Shown here: one piece after another, positions 9,951 through 19,742 of the stretch
Numbering within the stretch: the stretch's first letter is position 1
Layout of the letters: the number at the start of each line of letters is the position of its first letter
Source of the DNA: Bdellovibrio sp.
GTDB taxonomy: Bacteria; Bdellovibrionota; Bdellovibrionia; Bdellovibrionales; Bdellovibrionaceae
NCBI GenBank assembly: GCA_036676395.1
Contig: JAKFCY010000002.1
Span: 480,001 to 544,000, forward strand
Length of the DNA stretch: 64,000 bases
Reading direction: 5' to 3'
Position numbers and translations under genes: made by a program
Notes under the pieces: model-generated
What the model was told of the DNA's origin: nothing
Database searches by the model: none
What the model saw: the letters and a program-made list of their open reading frames with translations, nothing else

Positions 9951-10056
9951 CTAAAATATTTCATTTTACAAACTACATAAAAGCCTAAGTCGCAAAATTT
10001 ATAGCTAAATTTTTGTTATATTCGATAGCTAAAACTCGAGAGCTGATTCAATAAAA

Positions 10057-11940
10057 TTATTGTAAACGTAGTTTCTTACGAAAATACCAAATCAATAAAT
10101 TCTTTGAATAGTTTTGATCTAAGTTTTTTTCTGACAACGCATTAGAACTTTCAGCCACACGTAATGAAATCATAAATGAGATCGTAAGATTTAATAGGCC
10201 AGTTACGACAACTCCAAGTAAGGCCAAATAAATCGCTGGCTCAGAAAAAATTCCAAAGCCTAACGTATAAATGGCTGCAGCAAGTGTTCCCGAGGATAGC
10301 GTAACATGGCGAACATCTATTGGCAGACCTAAAAATTCTCCCATGATTGGAACAATTCCAAGTGTAAAACCAAGAGCCGCATTTCCACAAAGTGCGCCAA
10401 AATTATTTTTTATAAAATTCACCCAGGCTGCTTTTTTTACATGCGACAGAAATGGAAATATTTTTGGTGAGTTCATAATGATTTCATCAAACTTGTAAAC
10501 CTTAAAAAAGTTATCTGCAGCTCCCGTGATGAAAGTTGAAAACCATAAAATATAACCCGTAAGGAAAGCATAAAATGGTGTAAAACTAAAAATAGACATG
10601 GAGGCGATTTGCGCCTGAGCTTTTTCAGCACTCATAAAGCTCTGACTAAATACAATTTGGGATAGGAACGAAATGAGTAATACTGTAGGTATAACAATTC
10701 CTACATTGCCCAGCACAGCCAAGAACTGAGATTTAAATACGGAATCAATTTCAGCTAAAATCTCTTTTTTCGATAATTTATCCCATTGATAATTTAAATG
10801 CGCCGCGATTGCTGCCGGTTGTTTGGTGGCTAAAGTAAAACCTAATAAGTAAATAACGATAAAACTTAAGGCGTAATTTAAACTGTAAATAAAGCCCAGC
10901 AGAAATGGCGCTACATGCAAATACGATGAAAGGGTTTTTAATAAAACAGTGAATCCAGTGATAAAGCCGCCACCACAAGCGCTGGTAAAAAGTTTGGTGA
11001 TCGCCTGACGTGAACGGCCGACATAATAGTCACCTTTTTCTGCGCTGGTGAGCGATACGACCTCAATAAGTTGGCTGCTGTAATGAAAAAATTGAAATTT
11101 AAGAGAATAGAAGTTTTTTCGTTCAATAAGAATAGCGGCCAAATATTTAAAACTAAAACCGTCATAAAGTTTTATTAAATTTTGGAGTCTAATTAGCCGT
11201 GATTTTACTTTTTTAATTCGAAATAGTGAATTTAGCTGGACACCAGTTTCGCGAAAATCATCAACGATTGAATCGATGCCCTTCAAATTGTTTGCAGTTA
11301 ACTGGATAAGTAATTCTGTATCTCTGATCTCTGTGAGGCTAATAACTTGCAGTGTTTTTACAAAGTCTGAATTAAATTTACCAGAGGATGTCATTTTAAA
11401 GACCGATGAATAAATGTCGGACATGTTTTTGTTAGCCAGAATATAAATGGCCCGTATTAAAGACTGTCTGATTTCATTTTTTAAATAAATGATTTTATCA
11501 GGCGGGAAGTAGCTAAGAATTTTGTTAAGTTGAGATTGGTCTACATTTAAAGATTCATCAAAGTGAAAATCCAGCTGTAACGCCTCATCAACTAAATGCG
11601 AAATTTCACAGTCATTCGATGGAACAGTTATAAATTTTTGACAAAACGCCCAAATCACTTCGTGAATAAATGAGTCTGATTCGCCACTGAAGGTATGCAC
11701 CAGCAGCGAATCAAATTGTATGTTCTCAATAAAAACCAGCCATTGCTGGACAAAAACCTCTCGAAACAATGGGTCTTTTTCAAGTAAATTATTGAGGTCA
11801 TCAATTCTTTGATTAAGAGTAGTTTTACCATTGGTGTTTAATAACCAAGTGGCAAACATAATGTACCAATTCCAATCCCACTCTTTGCCCTGATGTGTTC
11901 CGAACGAAAGTAATTCAGGCAGGCTTATTTTTTGAGACAT
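10057..11940 (-). CDS. Polytopic membrane protein of the Gcr / SpecificRecomb family
   Basis: GGGFITGFT, LNYALSF, FTLATKQPA and RHVTLSSG motifs; many TM helices in the C-terminal half. Confidence 0.75.
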   Translation of the reverse strand: MSQKISLPELLSFGTHQGKEWDWNWYIMFATWLLNTNGKTTLNQRIDDLNNLLEKDPLFREVFVQQWLVFIENIQFDSLLVHTFSGESDSFIHEVIWAFCQKFITVPSNDCEISHLVDEALQLDFHFDESLNVDQSQLNKILSYFPPDKIIYLKNEIRQSLIRAIYILANKNMSDIYSSVFKMTSSGKFNSDFVKTLQVISLTEIRDTELLIQLTANNLKGIDSIVDDFRETGVQLNSLFRIKKVKSRLIRLQNLIKLYDGFSFKYLAAILIERKNFYSLKFQFFHYSSQLIEVVSLTSAEKGDYYVGRSRQAITKLFTSACGGGFITGFTVLLKTLSSYLHVAPFLLGFIYSLNYALSFIVIYLLGFTLATKQPAAIAAHLNYQWDKLSKKEILAEIDSVFKSQFLAVLGNVGIVIPTVLLISFLSQIVFSQSFMSAEKAQAQIASMSIFSFTPFYAFLTGYILWFSTFITGAADNFFKVYKFDEIIMNSPKIFPFLSHVKKAAWVNFIKNNFGALCGNAALGFTLGIVPIMGEFLGLPIDVRHVTLSSGTLAAAIYTLGFGIFSEPAIYLALLGVVVTGLLNLTISFMISLRVAESSNALSEKNLDQNYSKNLLIWYFRKKLRLQ

Positions 11941-11966
11941 ACTTATTCCACCATTAAAGCTAAAGA

Positions 11967-12962
11967 CTATAAGTTATTGTTAAGTACCTGCCACATCGGC
12001 TTTGTTGACGGGACCATGTCTTGCATGAAGTACCACCAAAAATATCCTCCGATAAAACGGTCTTGCGAAATATTCATTCTATAATAACGTTCAATCATAT
12101 CTGTTTTCGCGGCTTGTGATTTAATTGTTCCGATTTCGCCAAAACCAATTTTAGAATTTGGAAACATTTGTGCAAGTTTTGCAAATACATCTTCCCAGTT
12201 AGGACGTAAGCCGTTGCAATCATCTTCGTAGTAACTGACAAACACATATTCAAGACCTGACTTCATTCTTGCGGGAACATTTTTACCGGCCCATGTAAAC
12301 ATCTCTTCGCTTGGATACATCCAGCAGGCTTCGTTATAGTATAAAGTGAGGGCTGTGGTTTTACCTTTTGATTTAATAAAATCATAGGCGCTCGTCATTT
12401 TCTGCGCGACTTCAGCGGCGTTACCTAGCCATTCTCCGTTAATTTCATTACCGATTTCCCAGATATCAACATAGGCATTAAGTGCGTTGTAATACTCTTC
12501 TGTGCGGGCTAAGTACTGCGCCGGTGTCACGTTTTTTACGTAGAAAGAATCTAACAATTCACCCATGACATAACTTACGCCGTGAATTTTTTGTGTAGGA
12601 CTTACGTAGTACGAAGCACTCATACCTTCATCAAACACAATTCGTGTGGTGGGTTTTTGTGACAGAGTTTTTAATGAGTTAACCGTATCATTGATATTTG
12701 CGACAGAATCAATGGTTACTCCATACATTTTTGTTGAGGGTGTTGGGTTAGGAGTTGGCGTTTGCGAAACCGGTGGGGTTTGTGAAACTGTAGGTGTTCC
12801 GGAAGTTATAGGTGTTGTTGGATCTTCAGGAGTTGAATCTGCGGTCTGGTTATTTGAACCAGACGAGCTTGTAGAATCTTTTTTGCAAGAAAAAGACGTT
12901 AAGGTTAAGATTAATAATAGAGAAATGACTATATTTTTTTTTGTTTTATTTCTTTTTTGCAT
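11967..12962 (-). CDS. Lipoprotein with TIM-barrel glycoside-hydrolase-like domain
   Basis: Lipobox SFSC; Pro/Thr linker; WEIGNEING and GFGEIG resemble clan GH-A acid/base and nucleophile motifs. Confidence 0.65.
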   Translation of the reverse strand: MQKRNKTKKNIVISLLLILTLTSFSCKKDSTSSSGSNNQTADSTPEDPTTPITSGTPTVSQTPPVSQTPTPNPTPSTKMYGVTIDSVANINDTVNSLKTLSQKPTTRIVFDEGMSASYYVSPTQKIHGVSYVMGELLDSFYVKNVTPAQYLARTEEYYNALNAYVDIWEIGNEINGEWLGNAAEVAQKMTSAYDFIKSKGKTTALTLYYNEACWMYPSEEMFTWAGKNVPARMKSGLEYVFVSYYEDDCNGLRPNWEDVFAKLAQMFPNSKIGFGEIGTIKSQAAKTDMIERYYRMNISQDRFIGGYFWWYFMQDMVPSTKPMWQVLNNNL

Positions 12963-13201
12963 AGTCCTGCGAGAATAAGGAACATGCGTGCTGATTAAAA
13001 CCTTAGCGAGCTAAACAAAGACGAAAACTAATCATTGGTCTGGGAGAAAAAAACTCCCTGAAATTTAATCGGCTCGTTTAAAACGCGTAAAGGTTTATTC
13101 GAAAACATTGCGCTTGAAAAATTTGATAGTGAAAGATTTGATGGGTATCGCGGATATTAATATGCCAAGTGATGTGTCAGGTTTGAATTTAATGGCCACG
13201 A

Positions 13202-13555
13202 TTATTTGGCAGCTACGATTTCGCTGAGCTCTAAACTAACTTGTTTAAATTCTTGATCTAATGACTGCGCGATGGGTTTTGCCTGAGTTAAATCTTTAGC
13301 TTGTCCCATTTTTTCTAATTGCAGACAAAGTTGTGAAAGTCGCAAAGCGCCCATATTGCCAGAGCTTGATTTTAAGCTATGAGCTTTGTCTTGAACGCCA
13401 AGGGCATCGCCTGCAGCGATCGCATTATGAAGATCAGTTATAATTGTTTCGCTGGTTGAAATGAAAACGGTGTGTAGTTCTGCTAATAATTCCAAGCCAC
13501 CTAAAGCTTTTAGATTTTCAATGACATCTGCATCCACACTTTTTACCTGATTCAT
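13202..13555 (-). CDS. Hpt-domain phosphotransfer protein
   Basis: AHSLKSSSGNMGA motif. Confidence 0.92.
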   Translation of the reverse strand: MNQVKSVDADVIENLKALGGLELLAELHTVFISTSETIITDLHNAIAAGDALGVQDKAHSLKSSSGNMGALRLSQLCLQLEKMGQAKDLTQAKPIAQSLDQEFKQVSLELSEIVAAK

Positions 13556-13693
13556 GAGAATATTAAAGCCTAAGTCTGCAAAAGCGTCATTAGTTTTTTT
13601 GTTTTGTCTGCCTTGCTGGACGAGCTCATTATAATTTTATTTAATTTGGAGATTTCTTGAAATTATTAAATATTTCGTCACAATAATTACAGG

Positions 13694-14407
13694 ATGTCGA
13701 AACTAGATGATGCAATAGCAAATGCCGTAGCAAAGATGCCAAGACCATTGTTGGTGTTTCTCGTATTAGCGGGAGCCTTAGGTTTTATTATTTCGCAAAA
13801 TCCTTTATCTGATGGTTGTGAAGTTGAAGTGAGTAATTTTGGCCGTGAAGTCGCTGGAATTATCACACGTGTAAAGAACAGTAAAAAGCTGGAGCAATAC
13901 CCTAAACTTGATTATGCCCGCGAGCAGTGTAAAGAAGGCAATAGCCAAGGCAGTTGCGAAGATTATTTTAAAGCCGTGAAGCGTGTTGCCGATGCAACGC
14001 GAGTCGTATCACCAAAGTGTTACATCAAGCTTAAAGAAGAATATAAAAGTTTAACTAATGTCTTGGCGACCGGAATAAAAATCATGGCGCTTGCTGCCTG
14101 GGGTGAGAAGCCACCCGAAGGCATTGGCCAACGTATGGGTTGGCTAACAGAAGGCGATATTTACGGTTTTTGCCGCGCTAAAAACGGTTTAGTGCTGTTG
14201 ACCAGTCTTGAGGAATACAAAGTTTTACGAGCTGCGGTCTATCGTGAGTTTCCTGACCGCTGGCCCGAGACGTTACCCCTGGAAAAGCGTGCGGAGATAC
14301 CTCGTCCAAGAGCCCTGCAGTCGTTAGCGAACGTAACAGGCTCTTTAAAAGAGAGCGATGTCTATGAGCGCAGTTTGTTTTCGCTTCGTTGTGATTTGTA
14401 CCAGTAG
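13694..14407 (+). CDS. Hypothetical membrane-anchored Cys-containing protein
   Basis: 237-aa ORF with one N-terminal TM helix and six Cys. Confidence 0.7.
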   Translation: MSKLDDAIANAVAKMPRPLLVFLVLAGALGFIISQNPLSDGCEVEVSNFGREVAGIITRVKNSKKLEQYPKLDYAREQCKEGNSQGSCEDYFKAVKRVADATRVVSPKCYIKLKEEYKSLTNVLATGIKIMALAAWGEKPPEGIGQRMGWLTEGDIYGFCRAKNGLVLLTSLEEYKVLRAAVYREFPDRWPETLPLEKRAEIPRPRALQSLANVTGSLKESDVYERSLFSLRCDLYQ

Positions 14408-14410
14408 TCA

Positions 14411-14623
14411 TTATAAACCTGCCACTTGAATAAAGCGCCATTGATTACTGTTCTTGTCTTGAACTTCTCCGATAAAGTAAAAATCCTCTGCTGTAATGCT
14501 CTGAATAACAAAGCGTGATTTGGATTTTTTGACCACGCGCCAGTCAACTGGTTGAAGGCCGAACTCGCGTAGACCTAATTGTAAACTTACTAACTGTGTG
14601 TTTGCCGATAAAAACTTTAACAT
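14411..14623 (-). CDS. Small hypothetical protein
   Basis: 70 aa; strong RBS aggggg before the ATG; fills the gap without overlap. Confidence 0.6.
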   Translation of the reverse strand: MLKFLSANTQLVSLQLGLREFGLQPVDWRVVKKSKSRFVIQSITAEDFYFIGEVQDKNSNQWRFIQVAGL

Positions 14624-14750
14624 TTGTTCCCCCTAATTTTTGTTTGCGTGCCTTCAGCACATCTTGTTGCTTGAGGTCTATTGCAAGACGAGGTGACAAG
14701 TTTAAAGTACTGGCTTTACGATATATTGAAGTTGGCCTTAGGAGGACTCC

Positions 14751-15206
14751 ATGGTTTCGGAAAAGTTCCAAAAAATAGGATTGTTAAGAGTTTTGAAACA
14801 AGTATTTACAATAGAATTATTGGTTCTGTTGCTTTGGATTCCTTGTGTAATTTTTATATTTAAATTTATTCAAGATCGAAAGATTGCAGGGCTTGTTGCG
14901 GGAGCTGGTTTTTTGCTGATTCCAGTGTTTAATATTTTTCGTGAGCGAAAAAGCACAGCGAGTTCGTCATCACGTTTAGCGCGTGTTTTTGCGAGTGGCG
15001 CTTTTTTTCTTTTATCAGCGATGCCGATTTTTTTATTTCGTGTATTTAACTGGGAGAAAAGTTTAGAAGAGATTTCAATCTTCGGGGCGCTATCAGGCCG
15101 TGAGCTTCATAGCTTATCGAATATCTTATATGTCGTGATGATTGCAGTGTATTTTTTGACGAATATCTTAGACGCAAAAAAAACGGCGCCGTTTAAAGCG
15201 CCGTAA
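14751..15206 (+). CDS. Hypothetical 4-TM membrane protein
   Basis: Four hydrophobic segments; start uncertain. Confidence 0.6.
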   Translation: MVSEKFQKIGLLRVLKQVFTIELLVLLLWIPCVIFIFKFIQDRKIAGLVAGAGFLLIPVFNIFRERKSTASSSSRLARVFASGAFFLLSAMPIFLFRVFNWEKSLEEISIFGALSGRELHSLSNILYVVMIAVYFLTNILDAKKTAPFKAP

Positions 15207-15249
15207 GGGATCACAACAACAAGTTGTAACGTCTTATTAGTATATCAGA

Positions 15250-15546
15250 TTAGTACTCAAAAGGAACTGCGCTGATAAGTTCTGGACGTGAACTTGTATC
15301 ATAAGCATCTGTACCATTAGGTAATAAGCCTAGTGTACGAGCCTTTTTTACTGCTCCAGCTACTTTCTTTTGTTGAGAAAGACTTAGCTTAGAGATACGA
15401 GCTGGAGTGATCTTACCCGCATCGGCAATAAAGCGGCTTAATGAAGCTGGGTCTTTATAGTCAAAAACGTGATCGCCAGTGTATTCTGTGCGGTATTTGT
15501 TGCGAACTGATTTGCGGTTTTCTTTACCGTTATTTTCTTTTTCCAT
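15250..15546 (-). CDS. rpsR: 30S ribosomal protein S18
   Basis: DYKD...LSRFI...GKITPARIS...QQKKVAGAVKKARTLGLLP. Confidence 0.95.
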   Translation of the reverse strand: MEKENNGKENRKSVRNKYRTEYTGDHVFDYKDPASLSRFIADAGKITPARISKLSLSQQKKVAGAVKKARTLGLLPNGTDAYDTSSRPELISAVPFEY

Positions 15547-15644
15547 TTAAACCTCTTGCCAATTGAAGAATATCTGAATATACCAGATATCTCGGTTTTG
15601 GAAGTACTATTTGTACTTGTGATGTAAATAATTAGGAGTAATAA

Positions 15645-15938
15645 ATGAGCCGTTGTGAATTATCAGGCAAATCGCCTGTTGTTAAAAATTTAGTGAGCCA
15701 CTCGAATATCAAAACTAAATCGACGGCTATGCCAAATGTGCAAAGAAAACGCATATTTAGCAAGACTTTGAACCAGATGGTGCGCCTTTATATGGCAACT
15801 AGCACTATTAGAGATATGGAACACACTGGTGGTTTTGATAAATTTATCATCAATCAAGATGATAAAGTTTTATCTCAACGCGCTTTAGACGTTAAAGCCC
15901 GTATCCGTCGTAAAATGAACAAAGCTAAAAAAGCGTAA
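15645..15938 (+). CDS. rpmB: 50S ribosomal protein L28
   Basis: MSRCELSGK...NLVSHSNIKTK...PNVQ; RBS aggag. Confidence 0.95.
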   Translation: MSRCELSGKSPVVKNLVSHSNIKTKSTAMPNVQRKRIFSKTLNQMVRLYMATSTIRDMEHTGGFDKFIINQDDKVLSQRALDVKARIRRKMNKAKKA

Positions 15939-15951
15939 TTAGGGACTATAT

Positions 15952-16227
15952 ATGTTAAAATTAAAAATCAAAAAAGGCGACAAAGTACAAGTTATTGCTG
16001 GCGCTGATAAAGGTAAAAAAGGTTCTGTATTAGAAGTTAGCCCGACAGCGATGAAAGTCAAAGTTGAAGGCGTTAAAGTACAAACTCACTACGATAAAAA
16101 AGACGGTCTTCTTAAAAAAGAAGGTTTCATCGATTACTCAAACGTTAAGTTAGTTGAAGCGAAAGCTAAAGCTGCTAAAGCGACTGAGAAAAAAGCGACT
16201 AAAAAAGCTTCTGCTAAAGCAAAGTAA
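15952..16227 (+). CDS. rplX: 50S ribosomal protein L24 (KOW motif)
   Basis: KIKKGDKVQVIAGADKGKKGSV...VEGV...IDYSNV. Confidence 0.9.
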   Translation: MLKLKIKKGDKVQVIAGADKGKKGSVLEVSPTAMKVKVEGVKVQTHYDKKDGLLKKEGFIDYSNVKLVEAKAKAAKATEKKATKKASAKAK

Positions 16228-16261
16228 TTAAAGTCTAGAGAACGTTAAGTTCTTTAATATG

Positions 16262-16292
16262 AAAGGCAATTTGTTGATTCAAATTGCCTTTT
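16262..16292 (+). terminator. Intrinsic terminator after rpmB-rplX
   Basis: aaaggcaatttg...caaattgccttt hairpin. Confidence 0.75.
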
Positions 16293-16431
16293 GTCGTTTA
16301 GGCCTAATATTCCTAAATCGAATACGGTCTGGGAAGCTCCTTCCCAGACTTGATCTGACAAAGATTCGGTAATTGTCCAGTCGGACTTCTGCTTAGTGAC
16401 CAATCAAAAATAACCACCGAAACTAATCCAT

Positions 16432-16734
16432 ATGCGTCATGCTATTATAATTATCAGCTTATGGTTGGGTTCAGTTCAAACACTGGCCGCAGACAAAAAC
16501 AATATGTTCGTTTTCTGCGAACGCCAGCGCGATGTTCGTTGGATTCGGGTCTTTTCATCAAGTGATGGCAAGTGTAAAACCGTTTATTCTAAAGATGGCT
16601 ACTCACAAGTCGTGAGCTCTGCAACATTCTATTCGTCGTGCGAGGCGGTACTGCTTAATGTGAAGAGGAATGTTGAAGGCGGCGGCTTTAAATGTCGTGA
16701 GGCTGTTTTAGCAAACTTTGTCGAAATCGAATAA
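16432..16734 (+). CDS. Small secreted Cys-containing hypothetical protein
   Basis: Signal peptide ending TLA-A; four Cys. Confidence 0.7.
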   Translation: MRHAIIIISLWLGSVQTLAADKNNMFVFCERQRDVRWIRVFSSSDGKCKTVYSKDGYSQVVSSATFYSSCEAVLLNVKRNVEGGGFKCREAVLANFVEIE

Positions 16735-16736
16735 GA

Positions 16737-17570
16737 ATGAAAATCACTCTGCTTCAGTTAAACTCATCAGATGATATCTCTAAAAATTTAGAGCGAATTA
16801 TTACTCTGATGGAGTCACATTTGGCGGAGCAAGCGACACAAGCTCTTAAGAGATCTCGCCTATTTGTACTTCCGGAAAACAGCTTGTATTTTCGCATTAT
16901 CGAAGGTGAATCTTTAAAAGCGTTAACTTTAGATTCTGTCGAAATTCAAACCTTACAAAAACTATGCGACACGCATAAAGTAGATTTGCATTTTACAACA
17001 GCGATGTCAGACCAAGGTAAAGTTTGGAATGCGTCGGTGCTGATTAGTCCGAATGAACCCGCGAAAATAATTTATAAAAAAATTCATCTTTTCGATATTC
17101 AGCTCGAGGGGCAAAAGGCCATTCGGGAATCAGATTTTTTCACTCACGGTGAAGAGGTCACAGGTTTTGAAGTAGAGGGCCTAAGATTTGGCTCGTCGAT
17201 TTGTTATGACATACGATTTTCTGAGCTCTATCACCAATTGGCCAAAAACCAAGTGGATGTGATTTTAGTGCCTGCGGCCTTTTTGGTAAAAACTGGGCAA
17301 GCCCATTGGGAGACTCTTTTGCGAGCCCGTGCGATTGAATCGCAGGCCTACGTTTTAGCTCCGGCTCAGGTTGGTGAGCATCAAAGTACCCAAGCTGGCA
17401 AAACTGCAGCACGCTTTACTTATGGGCATTCCATGGCCATCGATCCGTGGGGCCAAGTGGTTGAGTGTAGAGCTGAAGGTGTGGGCTGTTTAGATATAGA
17501 AATCAGTTTAGATCTTGTTCGATCGGTGCGTCGACAAATCCCCATGATCAATCACAGACGCCTTAAGTGA
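16737..17570 (+). CDS. Carbon-nitrogen hydrolase (Nit1-like amidase)
   Basis: LPEN, YKKIHLFD, ICYDIRFSE and ARAIE; E-K-C triad. Confidence 0.93.
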   Translation: MKITLLQLNSSDDISKNLERIITLMESHLAEQATQALKRSRLFVLPENSLYFRIIEGESLKALTLDSVEIQTLQKLCDTHKVDLHFTTAMSDQGKVWNASVLISPNEPAKIIYKKIHLFDIQLEGQKAIRESDFFTHGEEVTGFEVEGLRFGSSICYDIRFSELYHQLAKNQVDVILVPAAFLVKTGQAHWETLLRARAIESQAYVLAPAQVGEHQSTQAGKTAARFTYGHSMAIDPWGQVVECRAEGVGCLDIEISLDLVRSVRRQIPMINHRRLK

Positions 17571-17612
17571 TTTCTCCTTTATTTTTCATTTAGAAATATA
17601 TAAAGTTGAGAG

Positions 17613-17903
17613 ATGAAAAAATCTTCTTCTATCTCTAAGAAAAAGCCCGTTATGCGTGCAGTTCTATTTATTTGTTTATCATTGTTTGTTTTAGGTTTGG
17701 TGATGACGATTCATCAAGCCGCACAAGCCGCAGATCGTGGCATAGCTGCGTCTGGTGATAGTACAGAGTTTCAACTGTTAGATATGTACCGTGAGAAAAA
17801 ATACAAAGGCGCTTTGGATGAAGAGGAGTTAAAAGTTTTAACAGATCTTCAAACATCAGATTCAAAAAAGAAAAAATCGCAAGAATCTGAAGAGGGGTTT
17901 TAG
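17613..17903 (+). CDS. Hypothetical membrane-anchored protein
   Basis: N-terminal TM helix; abuts the next gene. Confidence 0.65.
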   Translation: MKKSSSISKKKPVMRAVLFICLSLFVLGLVMTIHQAAQAADRGIAASGDSTEFQLLDMYREKKYKGALDEEELKVLTDLQTSDSKKKKSQESEEGF

Positions 17904-19637
17904 ATGGTTCATGATCATTTACCTGAAGGTGTGACTAGAGACACTATGGAAGTTGACGTTCTTATCGTGGGTGGCGGTGCTGCCGGACTTTCTTGTGCTT
18001 ATAAAATTGCAACTGATATTGAAAAACATAATCAAGCTATCGCTGATGGCAAACTTAATGCTGAACCGATTCCGGAACAAATGATTGTTGTTCTTGAGAA
18101 AGCCACAGAAATCGGTGCGCACAGTTTTTCTGGTGCGGTATTAAAGCCAACAGCTTTAAAAGAATTAATTCCGAACTACTTGGAACTTGGTTGCCCGTTA
18201 GATTCAGAAGTTAAAAAAGATGCGGTTTATTATTTAAGTAATAATTCAGCAATTAAACTTCCGATCACTCCGCCGCCATTTCATAATGTCGGTAATTATA
18301 TTGTTTCACTATCTAAACTTAATCGTTGGTTAGCTGGGCAGTGTGAAGCTAAAGGGATTAATATTTTTCCAGGTTTTGCTGCTGTAGAAGCTCTTTATGA
18401 AGGCGATCGCATCGTTGGTGTTCGCACTGGCGATAAAGGCCGTGATAAAGAAGGTAACCCAAAAGCAAACTTTGAACCGGGTTTAATCTTAAAAGCAAAA
18501 ACAACTGTGTTTGCTGAAGGAACGCGTGGAAGTTTATTTAAACAAGTTTCTAAAAAATTAGATCTTCGCGCAGGAAAAAATCCTGAAGTGTTCGAAGAAG
18601 GTGTTAAAGAAGTTATTCAAATGCCTGCGGGCACTGTTGAGCCTGGACAAGTCATTCATACGATGGGGTTTCCGTTAAAGAAATCTATCGGTGGAACTTT
18701 TATTTACACGATTCCTGGAGATAAAATTATCTTAGGGTTAGTGGCGTACTTAGACACTAAAGATCCATTACTTGATCCACATAAAGAATTACAAAAATTA
18801 AAAACTCATCCATTTATTGCCAACATGATCAAGGGCGGAAAAGTTTTAGCTTACGGTGGTAAGACTCTTCCTGCCGGTGGTTGGTATTCGATGCCAAAAC
18901 TTTATGGTGATGGTTGGATGGTGTGTGGTGATTCTGCCAGCATGGTGGATGTGCAAAAATTAAAAGGAATTCATTTGGCGATGAAATCGGGAATGGCTGC
19001 TGCAGAAGCTGCTTTTACCGCGATTCAAAAACAGGATTCGTCGCATGAAGTATTAAAAGCTTATGAAGATAAAGTGCATGCTTCATATGTAAAATCTGAA
19101 TTATACAGAGTCAGAAACTTTCACCAAACTTTATCATTAGGTTTTGTGAAATCATTACCGTTAATCGCACTGCAAGAAATCACGGGTGGCCGTGGCTTAG
19201 TTGATAATATGAAAAGCCACGAGGATGCCGATGTCACAGCTTCGGTAAAAGAAGTTTGGGGTACGGATGATGCCCTAACTTCGACGCCTGAAAACAGGCT
19301 GCCGAAGCCTGATGGCGTATTGATGTTTGATAAATTAGGAAGCGTTTACTTAACGGGGACCATGCATGACGAGGATTCGCCAAATCACCTTTTATTAGGG
19401 GATGCGAGTATCTGTCGTAATGTTTGTGAGCCTAAGTATAAGTCTCCTTGTGTGCAGTTCTGCCCAGCTAGCGTATATGAGATGCTACCGTCACAAGTTG
19501 AAGCCGGTAAGTACGATTTACAAATTAATTATACGAACTGTATTCACTGTAAGACCTGTGATATTAAATGCCCAACAAAGAACATTGATTGGACAGTTCC
19601 CGAAGGCGGGGGCGGTCCGAAATACACAGAAACCTAA
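17904..19637 (+). CDS. Electron-transfer-flavoprotein:ubiquinone oxidoreductase
   Basis: GGGAAGL FAD motif; KGIHLAMKSG; C-terminal FCPASVYE and NCIHCKTCDIKCP 4Fe-4S motif. Confidence 0.96.
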   Translation: MVHDHLPEGVTRDTMEVDVLIVGGGAAGLSCAYKIATDIEKHNQAIADGKLNAEPIPEQMIVVLEKATEIGAHSFSGAVLKPTALKELIPNYLELGCPLDSEVKKDAVYYLSNNSAIKLPITPPPFHNVGNYIVSLSKLNRWLAGQCEAKGINIFPGFAAVEALYEGDRIVGVRTGDKGRDKEGNPKANFEPGLILKAKTTVFAEGTRGSLFKQVSKKLDLRAGKNPEVFEEGVKEVIQMPAGTVEPGQVIHTMGFPLKKSIGGTFIYTIPGDKIILGLVAYLDTKDPLLDPHKELQKLKTHPFIANMIKGGKVLAYGGKTLPAGGWYSMPKLYGDGWMVCGDSASMVDVQKLKGIHLAMKSGMAAAEAAFTAIQKQDSSHEVLKAYEDKVHASYVKSELYRVRNFHQTLSLGFVKSLPLIALQEITGGRGLVDNMKSHEDADVTASVKEVWGTDDALTSTPENRLPKPDGVLMFDKLGSVYLTGTMHDEDSPNHLLLGDASICRNVCEPKYKSPCVQFCPASVYEMLPSQVEAGKYDLQINYTNCIHCKTCDIKCPTKNIDWTVPEGGGGPKYTET

Positions 19638-19742
19638 AAGTCTTTGCGTATTTAAAGGCGTAGAAGTAGTCTGCGCCTTCATTAAAAACAAAGAGTATTC
19701 ACAAGCGGAAGTGAACGCTCTAACGGATAAAGGGAGAACCAG

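Noticed and set aside
10057..11940. Gcr-family site-specific recombinase as the island integrase
   Set aside because: It lies outside attR, is a polytopic membrane protein and shows no tyrosine- or serine-recombinase motifs; the family name is not evidence of activity.
12760..12810. Short tandem repeat encoding VSQTP twice
   Set aside because: Ordinary Pro/Thr linker in a lipoprotein.
13202..13555. Hpt protein as partner of the island kinase
   Set aside because: It is outside the island, and the kinase has no receiver domain to feed an Hpt.
14544..14863. Overlapping short ORFs 14544-14771, 14596-14778 and 14681-14863
   Set aside because: No RBS or motifs, and they overlap better-supported genes.
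16327..16349. Perfect hairpin gtctgggaag-ctc-cttcccagac
   Set aside because: No T-tail and no second full copy seen; no function can be assigned.
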